Source: Takakia lepidozioides (Eukaryota; Plantae; Bryophyta). Taken from it: 64,000 nucleotides of DNA. Positions 12,603 through 25,235 of the stretch are shown here, piece after piece (the stretch's first letter is position 1; each line of letters begins with the position of its first letter). Under the pieces are notes generated by a model that ran no database searches, was not told the origin of the DNA, and saw only the letters and a list, made by a program, of their open reading frames with translations. Made by a program: the position numbers and the translations under genes. The stretch lies in NCBI GenBank assembly GCA_030704615.1, contig CM060733.1, positions 43,586,001-43,650,000 of the forward strand, written 5' to 3'.

Positions 12603-12941
12603 AGCCGAGAGATAGGGCTACGGGCAGGGATTGTGTGGTAGGCGCCCCATTTCTAGTGTCAGTGCACAAATAGAGATGCCATAGCCCCCCAATGCATACC
12701 AAAATACCAAAAATACACAATTCAACATTTCAATTGAATTACCAAAAACAACTTATGCTCAATTCTAATAGGGAGTTCGATATAGAAGCATGAATTGCCT
12801 CTTCCGATTGCCGCTTCGATGGCACGTCGCCCCCACCGGGCTCACCTGGATCATCATCTTTTGGGCCGTTCCGCTTTCGCTTTGTCTTGCCCAACCCCAT
12901 GATGAAGCCAATCTCAAGGACGATCGCGTACTGAACTCTAA

Positions 12942-13677
12942 GCTCTGATACCAAGTGTTGCGCACCTCACTTCGGTAAGCTCCCCTTCAAGTCATGGTTA
13001 CTCGTTTTGATGCGCGCGCCTAACTCCCAAACTGGCCGCCGGGCCAACTCGGAGCTTTGGTTACTCACCGGGACATAACGGTCCCCCTTTACTCCTCCAC
13101 AAGACCTTCTCTCAATTTGGGCCAAGTGGAAATTCCCTTTGGTTGATGGCAGTCCGGAACAACTCCCCATACCTTGGTCGCTTTCCGGCTCGCTCGCTTA
13201 CTCACTTGTTTTTTGTCACCAACGGGCTTGCACCGTTCTCGGGGTTACTACTCCCTATATATACTTTTGTGACTGTCCGCGGGGGTTTCACAAACAACAC
13301 CGTCCTTTTATGGCGAACCACCACGAAGACCCTTGACTCCCGGTGATGAGTCGCGGTAGTCTTGCCCACCCATCACGGCCCCATTGGACCGTGATGAGTC
13401 CCAAGACTCCCCACGACTCCCACCACAAGGTCTCCGCCCCATGGTGAGTCATATGCCACCCCTACTAAGTCCCACTAAGCTATCACCACCCTCGTGGAAC
13501 CACCCCTACCGCAACCCGATGTACGGGGTTCCACCTAGTGAGCGCCTCCGCCTCCTTGAGTGCCTTGGGCACTCAAGGGTGCTTCAGCCCCTATATCTAT
13601 TGTTGCCACTGCCCCCACCACGGGGGCAGCCCCTCTTGTGTCCCGACCCCCCGCCCTCAAGGCAAAGGGCCGCGACA
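12942..13677 (-). mobile_element. 5' LTR (about 13677-12956) and tRNA-iMet PBS of a truncated LTR element
   Basis: Minus strand TGGTATCAGAGC at 12953-12942 follows ...GCGCAACA; about 190 bp shared with 62119-62306; the far LTR boundary is less certain. Confidence 0.75.
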
Positions 13678-13740
13678 CACAGACTGTAGCTAATCAGGCT
13701 ATGGGTACACATGCTAGCAATTTAAGCTCTACAACTGGGA

Positions 13741-14954
13741 GTGACATCCACTCGTCCCATGAGTGGTGTGCCACAGCCCCACCTACAGTTGGTTTATCCA
13801 GCTGCTCAGTCAAATGTGGTGTCACATGCCCTTCCCATGTGCATGCGGGCACCACATGCAAGTCTGTCATCCTTTAGTATGGGACCAGCCATTAGTGGGG
13901 TTACTCAAAGTACTGCATCTGTTGTTAATCCTATACATGTTGCCAATAGCTCTTTTGTTCCTACTCAGGCCACTGTTCCCTGCTGCGCTGCTCATGCATC
14001 TGTTCTTCCTGGGCACATAAATCACAGTCTGCCTTGTCATCAAATCCCTCAGCTTACCACTCAACCCTATCCAGAGTATACTATGGGGGAAGACTTTGAT
14101 AGGTACCTTCAAAAGTTTGAAGTCAATGCTAGCATAAATGGAGTGCTTGAGAACTTCAAGATGACCATATTTAGGATGAGCATGAAGGGGTCAGCTCGGG
14201 ACTTGCTGCATGCCGCAGTCATGGACGATCCTAGCCTCAATTGGGCGACCCTTATAGAATGGGCCAAGACCTTGTTCAAGCCTCCTGAAAGACCTCTAAA
14301 CTGCTTTGGTAAGCTCTCTTCCAGGACTTACCACCCTGGGGAATCCCTGTGGCAATTTTACATGGACATCAAGTTTGCTGCTATTGAGAACATCATTGAC
14401 CCAACAGAGAGAGATCGCATGGTCAAAAAATATTTTCTCCTTGGCTTGCCCCCTGCTATTCAAAATTGGGCTCAGCATCATCATTTTGTCAATGACAAAA
14501 CTATGTTAGCAGAAATTAACCTTAAGATGGCAGACTTGGTTGACAGCAAATCAACGCAACATCATGTCAAGTTTCAAGCTCCAATGGGCTCCAAGCTTGG
14601 CATTGCTGCAACATCTGTACCTTATGTTCCTCCTGCTATGCATTGCAAAACAGATGACTTCACCCTTCAAGGGTTGGCCAATACAGTAGGCAGTCTTAGT
14701 GAGTCTGTAGCCACTCAATTTGCTGCAATGCGCTTCACCAACAGCGTTGGCAGCCTCGCCAGGCGCAAGGGCCAACAAGTGGCAATAATAGGGGTTGCAC
14801 CCAAACTGGGCAGGCATATGAAGGTAATCGTGCTGTATGTTCCATCTGTGGATCTTTTGAGCACTGAACTAAGCATTGTCCAGACAGGGCAGGGTTACCA
14901 GAGTTAATCAAGAACATGAAAGCTGTTGGTGGTTCTTCCCCTTCTTTAAACTAG
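13741..14954 (+). pseudogene. gag: Ty3/gypsy gag remnant with a CCHC knuckle, ending in a TTTAAAC-TAG slippery site
   Basis: EDFDRYLQKFEVNA...KKYFLLGLPPAIQ; CSICGSFEH*TKHC at 14838-14879 in the frame ending TTA AAC TAG. Confidence 0.75.
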
Positions 14955-16006
14955 AGAGACCTCTTGGGAAGGGGGCAAGAGGTTAATCATCTACCACGAT
15001 CAGCATGTGCGCATGGATCTATGTGTTGTTGAGTTTAAATAAGTGTATTTTAATTTGACGGAAGCTTAATTCCGGCCCATAAGACCAACCAGATCAAGCT
15101 GGCGTCAACGCCACCATCATCTGGCACATTCAGAGAGATAAAAACAAAACAAAATTTATATATATATATATATATATTTATTTATTATTTATTATTTATT
15201 TTTTGGAAAACTTGCAAATGAACCCAGCCCTTGCTTTGCAACAAAAGACCTGGCGTTTACCCAGCATGGATTTCTGGTCACCTGGAAGAAGGACATGACA
15301 ACGAATCATAAGCCAAGTAATTTGTAGATGCCATTCACCCCAAATAGCACACCAAAGGACCAGCCAGATTAAGATGTCGTTGATGACACCTTAATCTGGC
15401 ACATTCGGGGAAAAATAAAATAAAATGAGTTCAATTGAATTGTTGCACACAACAACTTCATTGAAGTGTAATGTGTATTTATTAACTTCTTACCAAAGAA
15501 TCGCAAATTATGTTTGTATGACTTGTTGCAAAGATTATGGGAATGCTTTTTCTAACTCTAAGCACATTTTTCTTAAGGAGGCTGGCAACTAGGCTTTTTT
15601 CCAGTGAAATCTGCAATGCAATTGCCTGTATATCTTCTCATGATGCATTAGAAACTACAGTTCCATCCGGGTAAATTTCTCTTTTCAATCCTCCCACAGC
15701 TGCAACTCCTGCCACCAGACACCTGCATACACCTAAGTAGAAATCCAAGTAGATTGCATGATGTGATCGGCAAGCTTAGTTCTTTCCTGTAAAGCAAGTA
15801 ACAAAAGTACAAGTCCCCAGTCAGTTTGTGTACAAAAAGTACCAAACAGAGTGCAAGGTGAACCTTCGTTGGGAGAACATGAACTAAAAACCTTCTACCA
15901 ACAGCAGACATCCTACAGCCTTCTGTGAAGGCAAGACAGTCCTTTATTTACAGGGACACAGTGACCTGAATTGTTTTGCAAGGATGGGGCCGAACTCAAC
16001 GGAATC

Positions 16007-19000
16007 TCACAACCGAGCAGCATCAATGCGGCTTTTGTGAAGCTGGAAGGCAGGGTTGACCCAGGTGCCACAGCTGCACTGCATTCCCACCCAGTTGAAA
16101 TTGCCAAGCCTTGCTTCACACTTGACACACCGCAGCTTGCCCTCAACAATCCCCTCTTGCACTGCATTTCACATCCAGTTGTCTATTCATGTGAGAGAGA
16201 TCCCCTGTGCAAATGACCTCAGGATCTAGTTCCTGCAAGTTACATACCCTCCTGGAGCCAGTCTAATGTGTGAGTCTGTCCAACATTGTCATCCTATCTT
16301 AAAAAGTAGAAGTGGGAATGCAACTAGTCTAAGAGTGCCCAGTTCCGCAAGGTGACAGTCCTATTGCAGGGGGTGCACAATGCTAGCAAATCTCCAACAT
16401 AAGGCTTTTATTACTGAAGGCATCCCCAGGTGCAGTGCTATATGTGCCTCCCTGAAACAAACCCCATGCATTTGAGATGTTTATCTGCTAGTGAAATTGC
16501 TTCACACGTGATGAACATTAGAAATGAACACAAGGGTACCTGAAGTCATCCACTGCATAGGCTCCACAAAAATTGAGGTGCACTTGGGTTCAGCAGGATC
16601 ATCCCTCCCGGATTGGCTACGCCCCCTTTTTCTCCATTTGAAAGAGGCCTCCCCAACACCTGGAATGTGTGCAACAATATTCTCTTGTGAAGTCACCACT
16701 CGCCGGCACTTTTTGCAGCGATACACTGTGAAAGGGTGTAACTCTTCCTCCTGGCCCCCAGGGGAGAGCAAGCCACCCTCTAGAGTTCCTGGAGGGGTGG
16801 TAGTGGTGGAGCCTGGGTCAGCTGCTAAATGGGAGCTTTCAATCTTCTCTCCTTTGCCAATTGCATCCCCTGGACCACATTGGGATAGACGGGATTCATT
16901 CTATCAGCATGTTGGATTTTGGCATGTGAAAATTCCACCATACAACATCTTCCTCAATGTTCTTCCCAATTGGTAGTTTGTTTTCTTTTGCAGGTCCTTC
17001 ACTCATACCCTCCCAAACACCTCCCCCTCATCTGTTATCATCTTTCATGTTCCTTTACCCCAAAGTGATTACTGGACAAAGGCTTGCTGCAAGCAGGTGA
17101 GAGAAAAACAGATAAATAAGGGGGGTTTGCGAGGGGGGGTGGGGGGGGGGGAAGGAAAAAGGGAGAAGAGAAGGAATGCTGGTGCCCCCACCTAGCTTTG
17201 CCAGGCTAAATCTCTTGTAGACAGGACTGGCCTGATCCACAGAGAAACCCATTGCTTCAAACATCAACAGCTGCATGCATGCCACATAGACTTGGTGTTA
17301 GTGTGATAGTCCTTATGAGCCAACAGAACAAACATTACAGATGTGTGCATGTACCATGAGAGAGATAGGGCTTGTCTTGTCTTGACAATAAAGCTCAGAC
17401 TAGATCACACATTAACAGACAACAACAGCCATCAAGGAAGGTACCATAGCATTTCCTCTTAATCCAGACTCAACAATGAGTCCATTGCCGCAGAGGTGAT
17501 CAGGGCGGGTGGTGGTGTACCCGTATATGATCAAACATGACGTACATACAGGTTTCCCTCCCATCTTAGACTTGCAGAATGCAGATTACAGAGGCAGAAT
17601 GCTTTCATGATGTGCTCTAAAACACCATGATAGAGAGTTAGAAGAGATAACTCTGACCATAATGCAGATTGCTGCTAGCACGGTATGGTAAATCATTTTC
17701 AAATGTCACCTCTATCAAGCCCATGCAAACTTACCACATATAAGGTTTACAGAAAACTCAATCATTGAGTCCAGAGCTCGGACAACTTAGGTTCTGGAAA
17801 ATGAGCTCATGACAAGATAGTGATACATATGCACACTGTCATAAACTAAACCTCGAGTATAGGTTAGATCCCTGGAGAGGGGCAACCCGCTGTTATGATG
17901 ATTCTTTCACGAAGTCCTTTCACAGGCAGTAGCACTAACACTGGCTGCTCACTGCTAGTAAGCAGCCATTTCATATCTGCAAACCAACCCCATAAGCAGC
18001 TCTGTGATTTCGAACTGTAAAGTTCAACAGTGGCACATGTCCCAAAAAGCACCACATGCATACCATGTGGGTTAGTGAGGATGTGTGAGATGAATGGAGA
18101 GGCCCTCTTACATGCTATTGCTCTCCAAAATGAACCGCAAAGTATCATATCCATATCAGAGCATAAACAACACTTCAGTAAACCTCTTACATGCAAGGAA
18201 GTCAAAGGAGTAGATCACTTAGCCCACAACCACCTGGAGTGTCTGTGTGGGGATGGGCTGTAACAATTTCAGCAAGGCTGAGGCCAAAAGTGCTGGTACG
18301 TCAGGAAGACAGTGCATTTTGTTTTGCCCATACTGGTAGTTGGATCTATTGCCTGAAGGCTATGGCAAACAGTGTATTTAAGATATGTTCTAGGGAACAT
18401 GCACTACCTTTGTGAGGGGCTCACTCCAGTAGTAAGACTTACCGTTATCTAAGCAATTTGTTCCAGCTTTCCAGATTTCCTGTAGAATCACACACGCCTC
18501 GATCTGCTGTGTGTCAGCTGCCCAGCAATAAGACCCCAACAGGGCCAGGGTTTAGAGGCTCAGCCTCAAGATTTTGGGCATTGGTGAACAGAGGTGCAGG
18601 GACTAAATTTTCGAAGGTCCTGAAGAAGGTTGGTCTCTGATGAGAATACCCCAGACATTGTATCAGACACAGTACTTAAGAGAGAATGTACTCATGCCAG
18701 TCCCTGCGAACGTTGGCTTGCCATAGCCTTACAGCCATTGACCCTGCAGGAAACTAACCCTCCTGGAGCCTTTAGTGGGGTTCGCAGCCACCGCAGTTTA
18801 GCTTATCCCTTCAGCTCAGCTGAAGATATAAACCAGTGAGGTGTGGGTATATGATTGATTCGTCGGACCTGGAGGGTATGTCTAAAACTATATACCCGCA
18901 CAACACTGGTATAAACTTATTTTCCCACAACTGCCATTAAAAACTCATAGAGGGGCTCGCCTGCATGCAAGCTCAACAGTCCCATTGCCAGGTTATTGAT

Positions 19001-22000
19001 TTTAGTTTTGTAGCAGGGATGGGGTGTGTGCAGGGCACAGGAGGTTTCTGCCTGTCACTCTGGGCTGTGTGTGGGGAGAGAGAGAGAGAGTTAACATGAG
19101 CCTGTGCTGTCAAGATTCATACTAGAACAGAGCTGGACGAGCAAACTGCAGTATGCTGTCCACCCATGCACAGAAAAGGAACTCTGGAGCAATGTGACTA
19201 ACCTGTTGCATAAATCCGTCATTTGGACAAACACCTTCACTCACTCTCCTCAACAACGCCAGTGCATCTGTGACACCGAGAGACACGTACATGTCAGAAC
19301 AAGGAAGGGTGCCTACAAGAGTACAACAAATGGATATCAAGAGTTCCAAAGGGGGCAAGCTTATGCAATAAACATATCTTGAATGAAGAAAGACTTGCAG
19401 CATCAGCCCCAAATGCTTTTCGCGTGTTCAAACGGAGGGTTTCTGATGAATGAGGAAGCAAGACCAACTCTGCGTACGAAAGGAAGGGAGGGGATGATGA
19501 GAACCATCTGCAGACAAATGCTCAGCACGCATGAGATATGCAGTCACCATGGCTGCACTGCACAAACCCCAACAAAGCCCTTCGTCACATGAGCTTGAAC
19601 ATCTAACTCGAAGAATAACAGAAGCTCAACAGGTGGGGTTGAAAGGAGGAGGGACGGGGGCCAGTGGAAAGTTTAGTTTTAGTATCTGACAGGTTTGAGA
19701 TCTAGGAAAGAGCATCGATCTACAGAACACCAGGAAGTCAACACTTTTGAGCCTGATTAATGGCTTTTAACAAAAGCATCCTTGCAAGATCCCATCCACA
19801 TGCATAAATAAGCAAACCGCAAAGCAATAGTAGCTGGAATATACATATCTATGTCTCTGGTTGACGGAAGGGTACAGTAGATCTGCCAGAGTAATATGTT
19901 TCAGCACCGGCACCCATGTAACCAGAATGTAGCACTAAATGATCTCCTTTCAGATATTAAATCATTGCTTCGCGGAAAAACTTGTCCATATACTCATAAG
20001 ACGTTGTTTGCCGTAGCCTTGTGGCCATTGACCCCCCGCCCAGTTTGAGCGGAAACCAAAGGGACAGAACCTACCTCTGTCAGGGGCTGACATTGGTAGT
20101 AAGACTTACCTTTATAAATAGAATTAATTCGGGTTTTCCAGATATCCTCTAGAAATCCCTTCACACAAGCATCAATCTGCTGTGTGTGATTTGCCCAAAA
20201 ACTAGGCCTCAGAAGGGCCTGGGCTTTTGGCTCAGCCTCGAGACTTTCAAAGTTGGTAAAGATAGGTACAGGCACAATTCTCTTGATAGATTGGAGGAGA
20301 GCTTCTCTCTGGTGAGAGTACCCCCGACAGTGAATCAGAAAATGAATATTGTCTTCGGGTTGCCCACACAACGGGCAATTGCACTCTCCCTTTCCTCTCT
20401 GCTTCTGTTTACTGTTCAAAGGTAGGCTTCCTGCCCTGAGTTTAAATTTCAGTCTGGTGCCGAGAGTGGGTAGACCCTTGAGGTCATCCATGATATCCTC
20501 CCCATGTCACAGACTGGAAACAGGTTCAGGGAAGTTTTCTGCCTAACTTCATTTGCATCAGACAATTTACTGGTAACAGACATGGCTTTGGACACTACAG
20601 TCTCTAAGTCAGATTTATCCAGAAAGGTCAAGACTTGCGGGTCCAGATTCAGATCCTTGAGAATCTCTTCTACTCTCTTCTGCCAGGACTTAGCCTGTTT
20701 GACAGGGCGGTCCTGTTTCCAAGATATAGAGTCGATTAACTTAGGGTATCTGGTGTTGGACATGTGTTGCAACTGACCCCACCATCTGACCTTGAATTCA
20801 TCTCGTCAGGAGCTTAAGGAGGGGATGCCAAACTCACCCCGAACAGCCACATTGGCTGTTTTGGAGCATGCTGACATGCACTCCTTAAGCACCCCCACTT
20901 GAATGGATTCTAGAGACTTAGCCTGGTTGGAGTTATCAACCCATATAGCAGATCCGTACTCCAAGGCAGGTCTAATAACGCGGCAAAGCAAGGTTTTGTT
21001 GACCTCAGAGTTAATCTCTCTGCAGTGAAAAAATTTAGTGAGACTCAGTGCTTTGCCCTTGCCAGTTTGAACAACTTTCTGGATGTGTGCATCCCAATTA
21101 CAGCTGGAGGAAAACTCAACGCCCAGGTATGTGTAGGAAGGGAGGACTGGGATCTCTGGCTACCCCACTGCCACTTAAGATCACTTCCTCCCTCTCCTCT
21201 GTCGTTGAATGCCACCACTGCACATTTACTGACATTAGCCTCTAGCCCCCAAAGATCAAAGTATCTCTTCGCGCAATCAATCAATTCCTGGAGGTTGGAA
21301 GGAGTCTCCCCTATGCCTGCGAAGTCATCCGCAAACATAAGGGCTGGAATGGTGGCATCACCCACCCTTAACCCAAATCCGTCACGTTCCACATCCTCGA
21401 GGAGTTGATTGATGAAAACATTGAAGAGCAGAGGGGAGACGGTACATCCTTGAGCTACACCTTGGTCTATGTCAAAGAAGTTAGACTTCTGTCCATTAAC
21501 AGTGACACAGCTTTTGGTGTGGGCATACAAGTTATGGACAACTCTCCACGTTTTTCCCTTGATTCCGCAAGACCAGAGGCGGAGCCATAGACCATCTCTC
21601 CACACTGTGTCATAAGCCTTTTTGACATCCAAGAAAAAACATAAGTGGGTTTCCCTGCTTTTTTCCTTCCCTGGATAATCTGGATTAGAGTGAAGATATG
21701 GTCCACACAGCCCCTGTTTCGCCGAAAGCCAGCTTGGCCTTCGTGAAAACAACCTCTAGATTCCAGATCAACCTCGAGACGAGTACTTATAACTCTGCAA
21801 AATATCTTGCCAACAGCATTGAGGAGCGTGATGCCACGATAGTTCCCCGGGTCTTCTCTGTCACCCTTCTTATATAGATTGACAATGACCCCCTGTTGCC
21901 AGCGAAAGGGGATCATTTCAGTCTTCCAGATAAGGTTAAAGAGGAGAACTAAGGCCTCTATCATGGGATCGCCACCGTGCTTGATAAGCTCGTTGACTAT

Positions 22001-23725
22001 GCCATCAGGACCACCTGCTTTATATCCATTTAGATGTTCAATTGCTTCCACAATCTCAGAAGAACTAATGGGAGCGTTGTAGGCTTTTGAAATATACTCC
22101 AGTTCATCAAGGCTGTTTCATAGGAACAGTTTTACCAACTGTGTCCTTCCATCAGAGGACCCCTCACTATTAGACCTAGAAGTTCTGCCAAGGATACTGT
22201 AGTGGGTTTCAAAGGTTTTGACAATGTCAACCGATGAAGTTACCACTGCACCCTTAGTAGTCTTCAGCGCTTGTACTTGCTGACAGCTTTTCGGCTTGTA
22301 CAAGCGTTGAAGGGCCAACCAGAATCTCTTGTCATTACCACCATGGTGGTTTGAGTTTATTTCACTGTATAACTTGTCCCAGTATAATTTCTTCTGAGCC
22401 CTTACAAGCAGATTGATATCTTTACGGATCTGGTAGTACCTCGCCCACAATTCTTTGTTGGTTTTCAAATTGCAGCACTCTTTATAAAGGACTCGTCTCT
22501 CAGCTATCTTGGGTTTAATCTCATTGGTCCACCAATTAACAGCTCTACTGCAGACAATTAGTTTCCTCCCAATGATCTTGGCAGCCGCAGAGGAGGCGAA
22601 ACTCTCCCAAGAATCCACTGCTCTTTCGACTTCATTTCTTGCATTGTCTGCGCAAGACTGAAGGTCTTGGAGTGAATGTCCATATAATAAGACCTGCTGT
22701 CTGCGTTGCTTAGTAAAGCCAAGAGCTATCACTGTGCCCCAGTAGCAAAAGTTCTCATCCTGAAACAGATTGAAGGCATAGAGACACAGAATGAAGGGCT
22801 CGTGGACAGATCACCCTCTTGAGCATCGTGAAGACATGTACAAGCCTAGACGAGTTTTGGCAGAGGGGAAGTAAGTCCATGCCTACACCGTTGTTCCCAT
22901 GTACCGCAAGTGCAGAACTGGTTTGCGTCTGTCAAGTGTCGAATAAGATGCTCACACAATTACACGGTGTGCTGAAAGGGTAAAGAGGAGTTTATACTCT
23001 TTCGGCAAATGCAACACACAGGGCTGTAGCTAAACAAGATTCAGCTTCTTGTGAAGGTCAACCAGAAAAGCATCCCGAAGGAACGTGTCAGCTTAACACC
23101 TCCGACAGAGGGACAACGCGAATCGAGAAAAGCTAGGTCTGTGACAGATGCCCGTTTGAGGTATTGCAGTATTGATGTACATGCAGTCTGCGGGATGCAT
23201 GCCACAATGCTCAACGAACAAGCACAATTTTTCTTGCAACGGCGACTTAGTCCAGTGTGCAACTTAGCCCTTAAAAGATCAAAGTATAATATCTCTTTTG
23301 CAATCACATGAAGAGGAAACTCAATTTACAAAACCTTCTTGCCTGCGAGAAACACCAGCCATACAGTGGACCAGCACACCGCCACTATTCCTCCCCCTCT
23401 CTATGAACTCCAGGCACGCCTCCAGAGAGTCCAGGAGATCCTGAGATTCGATGTCTTGTAGCGGAACCGTCATTCTCTCCAGCTTGGAGCTGCCTGCTTC
23501 ATCATGCGCAGCCCGATTAACTCCATTCGTTTCCCCATCCGGATCGGAAATGGAGGCGGATCTCTTAAATTCCAGAGGATCAATGTTGGAGGAGATTAAT
23601 GATAGCATGTGTGTCACTGGTGGGTGTGTTGCAGCCAACGCTGCTGCTGCATCAGTTATGTTGCCAATGAACAAGCCCACCCGCACCTTCTTCATCTCCC
23701 CCTCTCTGTCCCTTCTCTCCCTCAC
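16007..23725 (-). CDS. DUSP12: Dual-specificity protein phosphatase, DUSP12/YVH1 family. Exons 23725-23343, 19557-19505, 19267-19203, 17270-17192, 16869-16540, 16161-16007
   Basis: Spliced frame is open: GLFIGN...VLVHCMAGVSRSAAMVTAYLM...PNDGFMQQL; C-terminal Zn domain YRCKKCRR...VEPMQWM...GKLRCVKCEARLGNFNWVGMQCSCGTWVNPAFQLHKSRID; exon phases match; intron 1 has a GC donor. Confidence 0.92.
18030..18700. mobile_element. Two old, tail-to-tail 3' fragments of the same LINE family in intron 3
   Basis: 18420-18700 (-) matches the LINE C-terminus (GYSHQR...TQQIEACV...EIWK...GKSYY); 18355-18378 (+) AAGGCTATGGCAAACAGTG matches the LINE 3' tip. Confidence 0.55.
18834..18908. mobile_element. 75-bp hAT MITE
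   Basis: Imperfect TIR CAGTGAGGTGTGGGTATAT / ATATACCCGCACAACACTG resembles the large hAT TIRs; 8-bp TSD ATATAAAC/GTATAAAC. Confidence 0.75.
19993..22676 (-). mobile_element. 5'-truncated, frameshifted non-LTR retrotransposon (LINE ORF2: RT plus C-terminal Zn knuckle) in intron 1
   Basis: KAGGPDGI, NYRGITLL, QAGFR, FLDVKKAYDTV, GVAQGCTVSPLLF, MFADD, CPLCGQPEDNIHFLIHC; 10-bp TSD TGTCCATATA (19983-19992 and 22677-22686). Confidence 0.9.
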
Positions 23726-23891
23726 AACGTCTTACTCTAACCTCCTGCCTTCTCATTAAGAGGATCCAACTTTTTCGCGGTCACCTCTTCTCGGTATCAA
23801 TGTCTGCCTCGCCTGCACGCACTGCCTGCAATCCAACCTATGGTTTCACCAAAGGATTTTTTATTTTTTATTTTTTTGGTTTAACCCTTAA

Positions 23892-24714
23892 CCCTTAAGT
23901 TCCCAAGCCCTTTTTTGACTTTTTACCAATTTTGGGTACCCAGCTGCAGTAAATTGCCCCTATAAACCTACCAAGAATCATCCAGAGATTCCAGCCTTAT
24001 AGCAGTGGGCCCAGCTCATTCATGCATGACATACCAAAAAATGAGCCAAGTCCACTGTGGAAATTGTGAGATTATAGCGTTGGCCGGGACCTCAAATATC
24101 AGGTCCCAAAGAAAAAGTGAGAAAGAAATTGGTTTGACCCAATCAAAACCTAGCTTTATCCAATTTTGCTTTTCCCCAAGACCCACCATTTCCAAATCAA
24201 TAGTGGAGTGCCTATGACCCCACTAAATTGCAGGTCCAACTGATTTTTTCACCTATGCTTGCTATGCATGCAATTACATGGGGGTTGAAATCTCAAAATT
24301 GACAAGAGAAAATGTGCCTCCAAATGAAGTACTTTTTTTTCTACAAAATTTTTAATAGCCAATGTGGATGTGTGTATGTAATGCTCACACACCACAAGTG
24401 AAGCGTTTTTTCCAAAATTGCTAATTTTCTGCCAAAAATGGCCTTTGGAGTGCAATCTGTTTTGGGCTTGTTCACCTGCCACGTCAGCGGTCAACAAGCC
24501 CTTTTCAGGCCCCAAAATGTAAATGAGAGATCTAAGATATTTTTTGTAGGTCGTAGCTTTTGTTTTTTTTTAACTTTGTTTTTTGCATCATACTGGAGAC
24601 AAATCCCATGTCATTAAAGCTTCAGGAGTGGGGCCCATCAGATTAGATCTGCAAAAATTTGGTCAAACTGCAAATTCGAAGTGACCCGATTCAGGTTGCT
24701 TGGGAACTTAAGGG
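23892..24714. mobile_element. piggyBac-like non-autonomous element (823 bp)
   Basis: Perfect 17-bp TIR CCCTTAAGTTCCCAAGC with TTAA on both sides (23888-23891 and 24715-24718). Confidence 0.85.
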
Positions 24715-25235
24715 TTAAGCGCCAAGTGACAAAGTTTGACTTTTTTCAAAAACAAGACCCCTGCGTAGGAAAAACCTCAGAAAATCTTGAAAACAAAAAA
24801 TTTTAAGATTTTGACCGCACATTAGGTGTGTACCAGTGTTGGGCAGGTATATATGTTGACATATATACCCGGCCGGGTAATAGTTAGGGTATCGTACTAT
24901 TGAGACCCGCCACCCAAGTTTTTGGTGGACCCGGCTTGAGTTAGAACCGGCGAGGGCCATCTCGCCACTTACCCTGCCCAAGCTGGAACCGGCGGGGGGC
25001 AACCTGGCTGACTACATCATGGAACCTGACTGGAACTTTGAAAATCAGCCGGGTATCAACTTTTGAAGAAGACCTTGAGATGTGATTACAACCGAGCTGC
25101 ATTCATGAGTAGTGATTATGCAGCCGCCTTCTGAAGATCTCTATCGTGTTAATTCTCTGAGCGCCCAAATGCAATGGCAGACCAACATTGTTGCGAGCTT
25201 AGAGTCTACAGCCTCTGGGCTCCCTCCGGGAAATC

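Noticed and set aside
23883-23897. Telomere-like AACCCT repeats
   Set aside because: Better explained as nested TTAA-CCCTTAA piggyBac-like ends
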